DNA from: Eledone cirrhosa
Taxonomy: Eukaryota
Direction of reading: 5' to 3'
Assembly (NCBI GenBank): GCA_964016885.1
Contig: OZ024742.1
Span: forward strand, 147,436,001-147,500,000
Length of the DNA: 64,000 bases
How positions within the stretch are numbered: the stretch's first letter is position 1; every line of letters starts with the position of its first letter. A program made the position numbers and the translations under genes. Positions 13,791 to 26,478 of this stretch are shown piece after piece. The notes beneath the pieces were generated by a model. That model worked only from the letters and a program-made list of their open reading frames with translations. It did no database searches and was not told the DNA's origin.

Positions 13791-14923
13791 TTAAAACCTG
13801 AATGACAGTGATACAAGATGTTTACAATTACAGAGTGATTACATTACTGTCAAGTGGTCAAAGCTTCTAATTCTGTGAAATAGAATGGAAGTATGGATTG
13901 ACGTTTCAGTCACACCTGACTATAAATAGATTCAGGTTATTTGAAGAGGGAGATGGGATGGTGCCATGTGTTATCTCTTCTTGTGAAGCTAGAGGTGGTT
14001 CCTCGCTATTTATAATTATTTATTTTAATTTTATTTTTGGGGGTTGTTTTTGAAAAATTGTAAGTGTACGTTAAGGAGGAATGTATAATTGTGTGATACA
14101 ATTGCTCCAGGTTGGTTCCCTGCGTTGTTGCCACAACCAATCCTTTTAAATTTTTAATTTTTCTTCTGAAGATCTGTTATTGCTCTCCGTAGATTGTAAA
14201 TGGTAAAATCTGTTCGAATGTCCCTGGGAGTTAAATGATCCAACGGAATGGTAAAATCCAGTTCTTTGAAGAATACTTGCAAGTTATCTCAGACAAAGCA
14301 TCCACTCATGCGAAAAAAGGGAAAAGTTGAAAATGTTTACCTCGTTTGGTGTCGAATTTGTAGGTCCAGAAATTTTTTCCAATCACAAGAAAGTGCACAT
14401 ACATATATGTATATATATAGGCGCATATATTAATGAACATGTATTTCACATTAAACAAATAACGATATACATATGCATATCTCTATTTGGCGTTGTTTTT
14501 TTTTCCCTGTGTGTAGCAACACGTGGTTGTGTGTGTTGCTGCTGACTCTAGCAGAGCACAAGAAAACACGTCTTGCCCTGCTGATCATCAATGTTATGTT
14601 ATATTACAAACACCAGCTTAAAGAGAAAATCAATTATATTACGAATTCTTGATTATTTTCAAAATTAAATGAAAATTATAGGCTGTCTTTCATTAAAAAT
14701 ATAGTAATGAAAAGGTTAAAGTGTTTATATTTATCTGAAACCCTTTAAGTTAAGTTTCCAATACCAGCTTAAAAATGAGAAATTTAGTTACATTACTAAA
14801 TCTCTCCAAATTCTTGATTATTTAAAACAATTATTTGAAAATTATATATTTTTCAATAGAAATATGGGTTTACTAAAATCATTTGTTTGATTATAATAGA
14901 TAATGGTTTCTATGTTATTTCAG

Positions 14924-15038
14924 AATGGCAAGTATATGACTGTTGATCACGTACTGGAAGATGACCAATTTGCAGACACACATCATCTCTCTGGAATTCT
15001 TAGACCAAAAGATCTATCCTTAGTCACAGATGTCAAAA
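14924..15038 (+). CDS. RNASEH2B: RNASEH2B exon 5 (NGKYMTVDHVLEDDQFADTHHLSGILRPKDLSLVTDVK)
   Basis: ttcag|...|gtaat, 115 bp, phase consistent; aligns to the GKFQPLDQVVVD region. Confidence 0.9.
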
Positions 15039-16261
15039 GTAATTATTTATTTATTAATTTTATTCTTTTACTGGTTTCAGTCATTAGACTGTGGCCATAC
15101 TGGACCACTGCCTTCATTTAGTTAATCATATTGACCCAACCAGTATCATCAAGTCTGGTACTTATTTCATCAATCTTTTGTCGAAATGCTAAGTTACTGG
15201 ACGTTAGTACAGACACACACCATCATCATTGTAGTTACGTCTACTCTTCCATGCTGGCATGAGTTTGGGACTTTTTGAGGCATATATATATGCATATGTA
15301 ATCCACAAACATAGCTTTGTAAAAGTTTGACAAAGGAACCGAATATTACTTATTTCGTCCATAAAACAGTAGCCTTTGTACTGGTTTATCATAACCTCTA
15401 TTGTTATAATCAGATTTTGGTCTTCGATCAGGTTGTAATATCATAGGGTGTTTCTTGAATGTTTTAATGATAAGGGCCAGAGTCCTGCCATATCACATAT
15501 GACATGAGGTGAAATTTGAACTCAGGACACAGGGAACAAATGCTCTAAGGTATCTCCTCCAACATCATTTACTGGTCTCCTTATAGTGAGACTTTCTCGA
15601 GGGGAGACAACTGGTGTACTGGCTGCTGCAGTTCTTTTGAGCAGTATTTTCTTTTTTTTATCTCATTACTGTAAAAGGATCAGAAGAACTCTTTAGTTAT
15701 GTCAAAGGCATGACAACCTTCCCCGTGTTGTTGATCTTCATGATAAACTCGCCCAGTGCAATCTGTGAAGAGGTTGGTGTATGAATGGCATCCAGCCATA
15801 GAAAACCTGCTAAACAAAGAGTCAGGAGTACTCTTCAACTGTGTTAAAGACATGATAACCTCCCTAGTGCTTTTACCATCATAAAATGCACTTAGTAGAG
15901 CACAGGAATGAATATAAGCAAGATGCAGGCCTTCTGACCATCTGAGCACTCGGTAATGTGTGGGAACATGTCATTGGCTCCACTTGACTTCTGTGATAAC
16001 CCATTCAGCCCTTGCTAGCAGAGAAAGACATTAAATAATGATGAAGTGCTTATTATGATACATTTTGATTATGATGTTGAAAAATTGTTTGGGACAGCTT
16101 TAATGATTGCCTTCTGTTCCCCTAAAATAAAAGAATAAAATGTTGTCATCACGGTTAACCTCAGAGATGACAAAATTTGTCCTTTTATTTTAGGGGAGCA
16201 GAAGGCAAATCACGAATTTTTCACCCTTTTATTGAAATTAATCTCATGTTATTTTCTTTAG

Positions 16262-16326
16262 AAAATGACGATATTGTTGCCTGTCGTTATTCTGAGGAGA
16301 AAACATTATCTTGGCTCCAACGAAAG
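16262..16326 (+). CDS. RNASEH2B: RNASEH2B exon 6 (KNDDIVACRYSEEKTLSWLQRK)
   Basis: tttag|...|gtaag, 65 bp; YSxEKTLxWLxxK motif. Confidence 0.93.
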
Positions 16327-17289
16327 GTAAGACTCATGTTTTTAAATAAAATATTTCTTTTATTAATGACAAATTATGTAGAATTTGTTTAGACTCAATA
16401 AGTTCATTTGTCATGAAGCGTGGAAAAAGACATTTTAATATGGTGTACATCTCATATTCCACCTATATTCCCTATACTTACAACACATACACCAAACATT
16501 CTCATAGTCACCATACCTACAACATACACACCACACTCTCACATATAGTCATCCCATTTACAATACACACACACTTACATATAGTCACCATGAAGCAACA
16601 CACTCTCGCACATAGTTACTATACATACAACACACTCTTACAGAGTGTAGTGTTCAAGTGTGGATTGGCAGAAACATTAGAATGATGGATGAAATGCATT
16701 GTATTTGTTCTAGTGCTTTCTTTTCTGAGTTCAAATCCCATCGTGGACTACTTGAGTGCTAGACTTAATCTGTCACTCAGTTTAACACCATCACTTAGTC
16801 CTTGCATTTGAGCCGGGACTCTGGCCTGTGGAATATCTTCTTCCTTCTCTCTCTTTCTTCCACTAGTCCTGAAGGCCGTAAAACATGTCATTGACACTGC
16901 CTTTCTAAGCAATAAAAAATAAATAAATAAAATGCACACTATAACCATACATTTCTGAAGTGTCTGTCTGTTTTTTTTTTCCATTCCTCCCAGTAACCAA
17001 ACTTATCAACACTCAATACACTCTCTCTCTCTCTTTCCCAGATTTACCATTACAGACATAAATTTCTTATGACTAGTCACAGGGTTGATGTCATAGTGAA
17101 ATCATATAGTTATTTAGATTTCAGTGTATTACTGTTTCATATGCCTGGCAGTTATAATTTATTGACATGAGGTTTGGTGAGACAATAATATTTATTTATT
17201 TAATTTTTTTACTATTTACTCATGGCCATATATTTTTTCAAGGCCTTTGAGATTGGTGGGGAAAATGGGGGTAGGTAATGATGACTAAG

Positions 17290-17740
17290 TGAGAGTGTGG
17301 TGTGTGTTATATGTATGTTGGCTGTGTGAGAGTGTTGTAAGTATGGTGACTATATGTGAGCGTGTGTTGTATGTATGGTGACTATATGTGAGAGTGTGTT
17401 GTATGTATGGTGACTATATGTGAGTGTGTTGTATGTATGGTGATTATGTGTGAGAGTGTGTTGTATGTATGGTGACTATATGTGAGAGTGTGTTGTATGT
17501 ATGGTGATTATGTGTGAGAGTGTGTTGTATGTATGGTGACTATATGTGAGAGTGTGTTGTATGTATGGTGATTATGTGTGAGAGTGTGTTGTATGTATGG
17601 TGACTATATGTGAGAGTGTGTTGTATGTATGGTGACTATATGTGAGAGTGTGTTGTATGTATGGTGACTATATGTGAGAGTGTGTTGTATGTATGGTGAC
17701 TATATGTGAGAGTGTGTTGTATGTATGGTGATTATGTGTA
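17290..17740. repeat. About 32-bp minisatellite TGTGAGAGTGTGTTGTATGTATGGTGACTATA, about 13 units
   Basis: Direct inspection. Confidence 0.9.
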
Positions 17741-18179
17741 AGTGGAATGAAGGCTCAGTAGAGGAAGACTACGAAAATCATGGGTGGAGGTGGTGAGAGC
17801 TGACTTCGGATCGCTGAAGCTCACAGAGGAGATGACGAAGAACTGTGACAAATGGAGAGATGCTGTGCTGAATAGAACCCGTCCCACCCTTGCAAGCAGG
17901 GAAAAGCAAATGTAAAATGATGATGTGGATTGTATATGTGATGACTATATGTGAGAGTACAGTGTGTATATTATAGGTATGGTGGCTATGAGAATGTTTG
18001 GTGTATGTGTTGTAAGTATAGTGAATATAGGTGCGATAAGAGATCATTTCATTTCATTTCATTTTACGTCCGCTTTTTCCCTGCTTGCAAGGGTGGGACC
18101 TTTAAGATGTACAACATATTAAAATGTCTAATTGTGAGTACCTCCACTATTAATACACTTTTGTTTCATTTTCTACAAG

Positions 18180-18288
18180 GTTGAAAAGGTAGCTAAAATT
18201 TTGTATGAAAAGGGAGTACATGTATCGGAGGGTGTTGCACATTCAATGACATACAAAGAGTCTATGAAAGAAAATCCTCATTTAAAAG
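18180..18288 (+). CDS. RNASEH2B: RNASEH2B exon 7 (VEKVAKILYEKGVHVSEGVAHSMTYKESMKENPHLK)
   Basis: caag|...|gtaac, 109 bp, open in the required phase. Confidence 0.85.
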
Positions 18289-19816
18289 GTAACTATATTC
18301 TGAACAAATTTTCTATTTTTAAAAATTTAATCCTGTCTCTATTAGATTGCCAACCATTTTACCGAGTACACTCTTGAAAGTGATGGGTAATCAACTGGAG
18401 ACAATATAGAGTAGAGAGGACATTTTAGTTCGGCCTAATACAGGACAACCTCTCTAGTGCTGGTGTCAAAATAAAATACACTCAATACACTCTGTAAAGT
18501 GGTGGGTGATTGAAGAAAGACAATATAGGGTAAAGAGGACTTTTTGTTCTAGCCGAGTACATAACCTCTCTAGTACTGGTGCCATGAGAATATGCACTCT
18601 GTAAAGTGGTTGGTGATTGAATGGAGACAATATAAGGTAAAAAGGACTCTTTAGTTTGGCTGAAGACTTGACAACCTCTCTAGTGCTGGTGCCATGAGAA
18701 AATGCACCCAGTATACTGTAAATATGGTTGGTATTAGGAAATGCATCAAGCTGTATAAACCATATCTAAATATTGAAAGTGTGAGTAAGACATGGTTATC
18801 TGACCATTCTTTTTCTATGACTCTGACAATCTGTCCAATCCATGCCAACATAGAAAATGGATGTAAACCAATGATGATGTTGACTCATATTTCATTGAAT
18901 TGTTATAGTGAAGTTATACAACTTAAAAGCATTTTCTAGATATATAACTATTGATGTCAGGCCCATAGGCTACTGGTTCACTGCATTGTTGATGACAAGT
19001 AACTAGGGAGTGTCTGTAACTCTGTGCAGAATAAATATGGTTATGGTTAAGGACTTTTAAAAAAATTTTCTTGGCATTTACATCACAAACACATGGTTAA
19101 GATGTTCACTTTCCAACCACATGGTCTCTACTAAAATCTCATGTAGATCACTGCCTTGTGACTAAAATGTGTGTGCTTATACAGAAATGTGTCTGTGTCT
19201 ATATTGAAATATGGGTGTTTATACTCAAATTTGTGTTTAGACTAAAATGTGTATGTTTGTGTATCATGACTCATACACTGTTCACTTTCCTGGCATTTGT
19301 ACATTATTCTATGTACTATACATGCACCTTTGATGAGTTGTAGTGCACCTGAGCACTGTACACAATACTTTTTATGATTACTATTATTATTATATAGGTG
19401 GTGGTTTGGCAGTATCGGTAGAGGGTCGGACGCCATGCTTTGCAGCACAGAGTTACGCTCCTTTCTGATCTGAGTTTAAATCCTGCCGAGGTTAACTTTG
19501 CCTTTCATCCTTACGGGGTCGATAAAATAAAGTATCAGTTATGTACTGGGATAATTGCTGGCCTTGTGCTAAAAGTAGAAACAATTATTATATATGTGTT
19601 TATACTAAAATATCTCTATGTTTAGATTAATATATGTCTATGTTTAGACTTATATATGTCTGGGTTTACATTAAAATATGTGTTTAAACTAAAGTACGTG
19701 TTTAATAAAATATAGTTTAACTTCTGTGGTTCAAGAAATGTTTTTGTTTTTTCTTCAAATGAAATTTACTTCTTCATTAATTTAATTTCTGTTCCTCTTG
19801 TTATTTCTCACCCTAG

Positions 19817-19898
19817 AGGAAGCCATGTTGTATGCTTATGGTTTAGTCTCTAATTATATATGTGATGAGTTGCAGAAGAAACTGAAAGATAGATTGGG
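19817..19898 (+). CDS. RNASEH2B: RNASEH2B exon 8 (EEAMLYAYGLVSNYICDELQKKLKDRLG)
   Basis: cctag|...|gtaagt, 82 bp; YAxGLxSxYI motif. Confidence 0.93.
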
Positions 19899-19929
19899 GT
19901 AAGTTATGTTTGTTGTTATTATTTTATTA

Positions 19930-20132
19930 GGAGGGCGGTGGATTGGCAGTATCGGTAGAGGGTCGGACGCCATGCTTTGCAGCAAAGAGTTACAGCCCTT
20001 TATGGTCTGAGTTCAAATCCCGCCGAGGTTAACTTTGCCTTTCATCCTTACGAGGTCGATAAAATAAAGTACCAGTAATACACTGGGATAATTGCTGGCC
20101 TTGTGCCAAAAGTAGAAACAATTATTATTATT
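19930..20132 (+). mobile_element. Representative copy of the abundant tRNA-derived SINE (more than 25 copies or fragments; clusters at 1650-2910, 33180-33960, 35195-36370, 37500-38340, 44850-46030)
   Basis: A box TGGCAGTATCGG, B box GAGTTCAAATCCC, core GCCTTTCATCCTTACGRGGTCGATAAAATAAAGTACCAG (resembles the MetaSINE core, from memory), (TTA)n tail. Confidence 0.88.
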
Positions 20133-21444
20133 TTAGCATGGTGGATTTAGCAGAATTGGTAATGCATCACCACACATGCTTTGCTGTATTTATTCTGGCT
20201 CTTTACATTCTGAGTTCAACTTTGCCTTTCAAGGGTTGATAAAATAAAGTACTGTTCAATTGACTGGGGTCAATTTAATTGACTGTCTCCTTCCTCCAAA
20301 ATTGTTAAACTTGTTCCTAAATTAGAAACCATTATTAGTATTTTTGAACCTGACTTAATCTGTTACCAGGTTTAACATTGCCACCTGAGTCTTGGATGAC
20401 TTTAGTAAACTACATTTTGTTCCAAGTATTCACACAAGGTATCCAGGCTCTCAATAGCTTTCCACTTTCAAAAAGGGTCATGAGCACTTTAGTGACCAAC
20501 ATCTAAAGATCAATGACTTCTTACTTATCTCTGGTTTTATGAGCATAAGAGACAAATCTCTCCCAGAATAGAATGTTGGTTTACTGTAGGTACCTTCCCC
20601 TCTGTTAAAATTAAATTCAAATTTATAATATAAAGTCAATTTCTGGTGGTCTTTCTCTCTCTCTAATGAATTCACTCTTCAGTTACTACATAATTGATGT
20701 AATGTATGATATAATGGCATTAATTGGCCGTGTGTATCTGGTTTAGAATAGGTACACTGTATCCTTGCATGTCATAAGAAGCAACTAAAAGGGTTGGTGT
20801 CAGGAAGGGCATCTAGCTGTAAAACATTTCCTCAAAATGTCCTGTCCAACCTATGATAGCATGGAAAAGTCAATGTAAAAACAATAATGATAATGACACA
20901 CATGTTTGTGTGTGTACAACCAGACTTACATGCTAGGGTTATCAAACTATAGTCATATTTTCTTTGATACCAACCCTCTTAAAACCACCTCCATTTCTAT
21001 GGAACAAAAAGAATACATTAATAATTAACTAATTAGAATGCTTTAGGCTATTTCCGTGCATTAAAAAAAAACATTTCTTTGAAATAGTGAAACCTCATGT
21101 TTCTGAGGTTTGATGTTTCTTTTGTATTTTTTTGTTGAATCAATTACTCCATTAGCTTCAAGATCAATGAAAGAGGATTAATCATTGCTTTATGTTAGTT
21201 TTTTCCATGCTTGCATGGGTTGGATGAAGTCTGCAGCTTATTCAAGTTTCATAGGTGTTAAGTGACTGAGAGTATAAGAACCCCTATCCACCCATTTTCT
21301 GGACAAGATAACAGTCTATTGCAGTGCTCTAACACCCAAGCTACTGTTGGTACTCATTTTCACCTGAGTGAATTGGAACAATGTAAAATAAAGTGTCTTG
21401 TTTAAGAACTCAACATATCACCTGGTCTGGGATTTGAACCCACA

Positions 21445-21737
21445 ATCGAAAGGTTGTGAGTTCAATTCTCAGACTGGGTGGTGTGTTGTTTCCTTGAGCA
21501 AGACACTTTATTTCACATTGCTCCAGTTTACTCAGCTGTAGAAATGAGATGATAGGGACTGGGGTCCGTATCATTCCACTGCTAAGTGGTCGTGGAGGTG
21601 CCACGGCAAAAAAGCACCCAGCACTGTAAATGAGGTTGGTGTTAGGAAGGGCATCCAGCTGTAGAAATCAAGCCAGAATCAGTTCCCGTCCCACCCTTGC
21701 AAGCAGGGGAAAGCAGATGTAAAATGAAATGAAATGA
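21445..21737 (+). mobile_element. CORE-like SINE with an RTE-derived 3' tail (second copy 40355-40695 on -)
   Basis: B box GAGTTCAATTC, CCTTGAGCAAGACACTTTATTTCACATTGCTCCAG core, tail matching the RTE 3' UTR at 32920-33070. Confidence 0.7.
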
Positions 21738-22036
21738 ACCTAACGATTGTGAGCCCAATACCCTAGCCACTAGGCTAACATTTGTTGTTAATTTGTCCAC
21801 TGGTTTAGTTGACAAAAAATATTTGAATACAATCTCCCTCAGTCTTTGGACTGTTGGCAGTAGTCAGATCATGCCTGTCCATTTACTTCACTATGTCTGT
21901 TGTAGCAGCAACATCTAACCTTTGAAAAGGAACTTTTGATTGAAAATTCAAGAAAAAAAAAAAGAGAATAAAATGTTTTTATTAAACATATTGTTTTCAC
22001 TTCCAAATCTTTTGAAATGTTTTGTTTCTTTTTCAG

Positions 22037-22076
22037 TTTTAAAGATGAAGAGCCACAGAATCCACCACCAAAAAAG
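22037..22076 (+). CDS. RNASEH2B: RNASEH2B exon 9 (FKDEEPQNPPPKK)
   Basis: ttcag|...|gtaat, 40 bp; NPPxKK NLS-like motif, correct phase. Confidence 0.85.
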
Positions 22077-22249
22077 GTAATATTTTAAATTCACTTTTCA
22101 TATTTGTATTTCTGATGCTTGGTTTCTGAGTTTTGTTTCTTTACAATTATTTCTCATTTCACCAAGGTATAATAAGTCTGGATTTTGCATAAAAATTATC
22201 ACCTACCAGTCAAGCCAAATTGACTTTGTACTCATTAGAAAATGGGATA

Positions 22250-23240
22250 GACAGATGGTTATGAATACTAAGTCTTTTCTCAGAGAAGAATGCCTCACCC
22301 AACATAAGTTAGTTAAGGATCAGAAAGGCAAGACAATCTGGAGAAGGCAGCTATGGAAACAAAAGGATCACCCTGTTAAATATAGGTTCAGAAAAATTAT
22401 GAGAGGGAAGAGGAGGTGGATGCACATGACATAAAAGACAATTGAAAGTTTGTATATGACAATCTGTTGCTGGCTACTGATGAGACCCATGGCCGGAGTA
22501 TGGTTCCAGCCAGGCAAAAGGTATTTGGTGGTGGAATAGTGCTGTAGATAGGCATTAAAGCTAAGAGACAGGCATGGAAAGACTGGAAAAATTGGGTCAG
22601 CAAAGAACAGTATCAAGTAGCTAAAAAAGAAACAAGACAACAGGTTTACATAGCACATTGAGAAGCAAGACAACAGGTTTACATAACATATAGAGATGCT
22701 GAAAACTGGAGGATCAGAAGTGTGAGGTATTCCGCATGACAAAGCAATGTGATTGGAATGACGTTGGTGCAATTAGCCTCACTGACACTTAGAAGAAAGA
22801 GGCTTGGATATGTTACTATGAGAGGCTGCTGAATGTAAAGAATGAGTGGAAGGAAGATGGACTACTAGAGGGACCAGCTATCCAAGTTGACAATTATATG
22901 GTGAAAGGAGCTATCACAGACAGAAATATTTGCTAAGGTGCTGAAAGTATCTGGTGAAGTAGGATTCAAGCTAGTCATTGACATAGTCAACCAAAATGTG
23001 ATGGTGTCTTACCGAATGACTGTCATAGTATAATCATTAACTATTCCAAGGGAAAAGGTAAATAATGTGCAGGTAGGTGTTGGTTCTCAGCCCACTCCTA
23101 TTATAGATCCCTGGGTCATAATATAGGAATTCAAGACCATCTATCCATGGGATCTCCTACATGCTGATGATCTGGTACTTATATCTGAATCTGTAGATCT
23201 AACGAAGAAATTCTAGAAGGGGAAATGACTTAGAATTGAA
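22250..23240 (+). mobile_element. Highly decayed RTE LINE fragment
   Basis: ccatgggatctcctacatgctgatgat (PWDLLHADD) and other segments match the 28 kb copy. Confidence 0.6.
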
Positions 23241-23263
23241 AGTCATTTTTTACCTCTTAATAT

Positions 23264-23462
23264 ATGTGGGTTGACTGAAAAGTTCATAGGCTGACCAAGA
23301 TACTCTCACGGAATGATCAAATGAGGCTTATTTTTCAGCATAGTTCCTGGAAGGAAACAACACGGTTATTAATAAGAGGAGTTGAAATAAATGCATGCAA
23401 GATTTCACAGCTCTAGCATCACTCCTTCATAGTCAGCCTATAAACTTTTAGGCTGACCCTTG
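23264..23462. mobile_element. Mariner-type MITE
   Basis: GGGTTGACTGAAAAGTTCATAGGCTGAC and GTCAGCCTATAAACTTTTAGGCTGACCC are imperfect TIRs. Confidence 0.55.
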
Positions 23463-23558
23463 TATAGTTCCCCTGTCCTGGTAGAGGCAATCACTTTCTA
23501 GACAATATGAAATTATGTATTTGTATTGTTTGTATAATTTAAACCATTTTAATTGTAG

Positions 23559-23636
23559 AAAATGAAGAGTGATCATTCTCAGGGCCCATCTGAAGATTAC
23601 AGCCAGACTAAAAAAACCACAGAACAAACGAATAAA
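23559..23636 (+). CDS. RNASEH2B: RNASEH2B exon 10 (KMKSDHSQGPSEDYSQTKKTTEQTNK)
   Basis: tgtag|...|gtaagt, 78 bp; EDY motif. Confidence 0.87.
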
Positions 23637-24999
23637 GTAAGTAGAAACTTTTTATTTCTACAATGAACACTTTCTAAATACCATCACTATAACAGGGTGG
23701 AAAAGCGAATAATTAACTCTTCTGGTAACAAAGGGTTTCTCTTTCCAAATGAAGAGCCGATTGTATGTTGCTTGTGTACATGGTAATGAAACATAGAAAT
23801 TGACTTTGGAGGGTGTGTGAAGGCTGGGAGGAAATGCTGTAAGCATGATTTGTTGAATGTGTAATATTAGGGTGTACATGAACAATGGAGCACAAAGTAG
23901 CTGAGAAAAAAATGGTTTGACGAATCATGTGTAGTGTGCAAGAGATAAAGTTGTGTTGATATCTGTTTGTGATAATAAAAGAGGATGGCATTTGAGTAAA
24001 ACAATGCCAAATGATTTAAGTGGAAGAAACCTGCAGAAAAGAAAGTCCAAAGAAGACATGGAAAAAAATGTTGAGGGCTGATCTCAGGATGCAGAATCTC
24101 AATAACCCTTGTCATACCAAATTATCTGAAACTGCCATTGGATCTATGATACAATACCACTCATTTTAATGTGTTCAAATTTATATTAAAATCCTCCATC
24201 ATAATTTTATGTGAGAATTTTTGTTAAGTTATGTTCCAAATATTGGTTCAATGATGAAAAAAAGTAAAACTATTTTACTAAACTCTTGATTATTTTCAAA
24301 ATTAATTGAAACACAAAGGCAGTGAATTTCATTAGAAATCATCATCATCATCATCATCGTTTAATGTCCATCTTCCATGCTAGCATGGGTTGGATGGGTT
24401 TGTCCCACATTTACAGTGTAGACTGGGGGCCTTTTTATCGTGTCTCCTACACGACCACTTTACAGTGTGGACTGGGTGCTTTTTGTCGTATCACCTACAC
24501 AACCGCTTAAGGAGATGACAATGGACTGCTTCAAGCTATGTTGATAACAGGTGGTTCTGTGCGAAACCTTTTCACTACCATGTCCGTCTAACCCATGCTA
24601 TCATGGAAGATGGACGTTAAACGAAGATGATGATGATGAGATGTTGCTAATTAAAGACTGCCTCTGATTTTCAAATATTTTTGAAAATAATAAAAGATTT
24701 GGAAGGATTTAGTAATATAACTAATTTTCTCATTAAGTTGATGTTTGGAACATAACCTAACAAAAGTTCTTACATTAAATTGTGATGGAAGGTTTTTATA
24801 TTAATATAACCAGCTTTGTATTATAGAACCCAGGCCAGATTCAGGTGGTTTGATATCCAAAAGAGTTGATCATGAATACTTTTTCCTGGGTAAATATGTG
24901 TTAGAAACATGACTGATATAATTTCCTGTTTCAAAAACTCTTTATTTAAAATTCACTTTCTTGCTTTTATTTATTAATTTTATTTATTTTTATTTTTAG

Positions 25000-25098
25000 A
25001 GCCAGAAACTTAGTTTAGCCCAGAAAAAACTCAGTCAAGTTGATAAATCTGGAATGAAGTCAATTTCTAGTTTTTTTTCTTTTAAACCAAAAGCTTAA
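25000..25098 (+). CDS. RNASEH2B: RNASEH2B last coding exon (SQKLSLAQKKLSQVDKSGMKSISSFFSFKPKA*)
   Basis: Polypyrimidine tract then AG; AQKxLxxVDKSGMKSIxxFF PIP-box terminus; TAA at 25096-25098. Confidence 0.95.
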   Translation, partial: SQKLSLAQKKLSQVDKSGMKSISSFFSFKPKA

Positions 25099-25242
25099 CT
25101 GAATTCCAACTCGCAATGTTGCTATTGCTGGTTAATTCTAAGAACACAACAATATTGTTAATGGCAACAACAGACAAATGTCTTGGACTGATCTTATATA
25201 TATATCATCATCATCATCATCGTTTAATGTCTATATTCCATG

Positions 25243-25243
25243 C

Positions 25244-25278
<35 letters not shown>

Positions 25279-25373
25279 ATATATATATATATGTGTGTGT
25301 GTGTATATATATATGTGTGTGTGTATATATATATGTGTGTATATATATATATATATATGTGTGTATGTGTGTG

Positions 25374-25446
<73 letters not shown>
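25243..25446. repeat. (TA/TG)n followed by (CA)n just after the RNASEH2B stop
   Basis: Direct inspection. Confidence 0.9.
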
Positions 25447-25448
<2 letters not shown>

Positions 25449-25838
25449 CATTTAATATAGAAATGGCTTTTACAGAACAAGAACTATTTAATTCGAAGGA
25501 AATCATCTGGAATGCCGACTTGTATTATAATGCGGTAGTATTTATATGCTTACTAGTGAGTGGGGAAGATGATGATTTTTAGGATGGGTAGGGGTCATTG
25601 GTTGATGTATTTTTTAGGGAACTGAGATTCTTTGAAAAAAACTATTTTTAGAAATATACAATTGACACAAATCGAAGATAAAGGAGGTTCACCGACACAC
25701 TTAAATACCCTTTTGAAATACTTCGAATGAAACAGTTCTAGTCCTTGTAGAAGCCATTTCTATATTAAATTTTGTATATACTCTACTAATGTATTGAGTA
25801 CCTTACTGTGGTTACCCCTGATTGAACCCATGACTCAT

Positions 25839-25869
<31 letters not shown>

Positions 25870-25879
25870 CACATACATA

Positions 25880-25978
25880 CAGGTGTCCCCCAAAAATGTA
25901 TGCACACTTTGATATCCTGTACGGGCAATTTGAGTTATCTGCTGTTGAAGTGTGTATACATTTTTTGGGGACACCCTG
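25880..25978. mobile_element. Tiny Tc1/mariner MITE
   Basis: TA|CAGGTGTCCCCCAAAAATGTATGCACACTT...AAGTGTGTATACATTTTTTGGGGACACCCTG|TA. Confidence 0.75.
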
Positions 25979-26219
25979 TATATATAAAGTGGGTGTTGTA
26001 GGCAAATGGAACATTAATTGTTGCAAATGTTGGTATGTTACTGTGGAGTTGTGTAACGGTCCTTATATTTTGGGATGAAGTCACTTCATCAGAAAAATAA
26101 TTAAGCAGGCTAACTTGTGTTGCTCTTATACTGCCATTTTTGAAAAGAGTGGCACAAGATATCGTGTTCTGAATTAGTTTCTTGATATTCTTTTGATAAA
26201 GGGATTTTCTCCTGAAATA

Positions 26220-26478
26220 CAGGGTGAGTCATGTGTAACTGGGCAGTCCAGCATTTATATTCTAAATGACAATAGTAACTAAAATTCTAGCCATCCATTA
26301 CAAAATTATAAATACATCAAACAAAAGTAGTTAAAAAAATATAATCACAGCTGATCAAACTCAGATAAGCCAATGTTAAAAAAAGCTGATCAAACTCAAA
26401 TAAAGCGATGTTCAAAAAAGTTATTTGAACCTTGCAATAAAAATGCATTGACTGTCCAGTTACTTATGACTCAGACTG
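26220..26478. mobile_element. Tc1/mariner-type MITE
   Basis: TA|CAGGGTGAGTCATGTGTAACTGGGCAGTC...GACTGTCCAGTTACTTATGACTCAGACTG|TA. Confidence 0.65.

Noticed and set aside
17290-17740. 32-bp repeats as a CRISPR array
   Set aside because: Head-to-tail units without spacers
19930-20030. tRNA gene
   Set aside because: A and B boxes belong to a multi-copy SINE head; spacing is too long and no cloverleaf is evident
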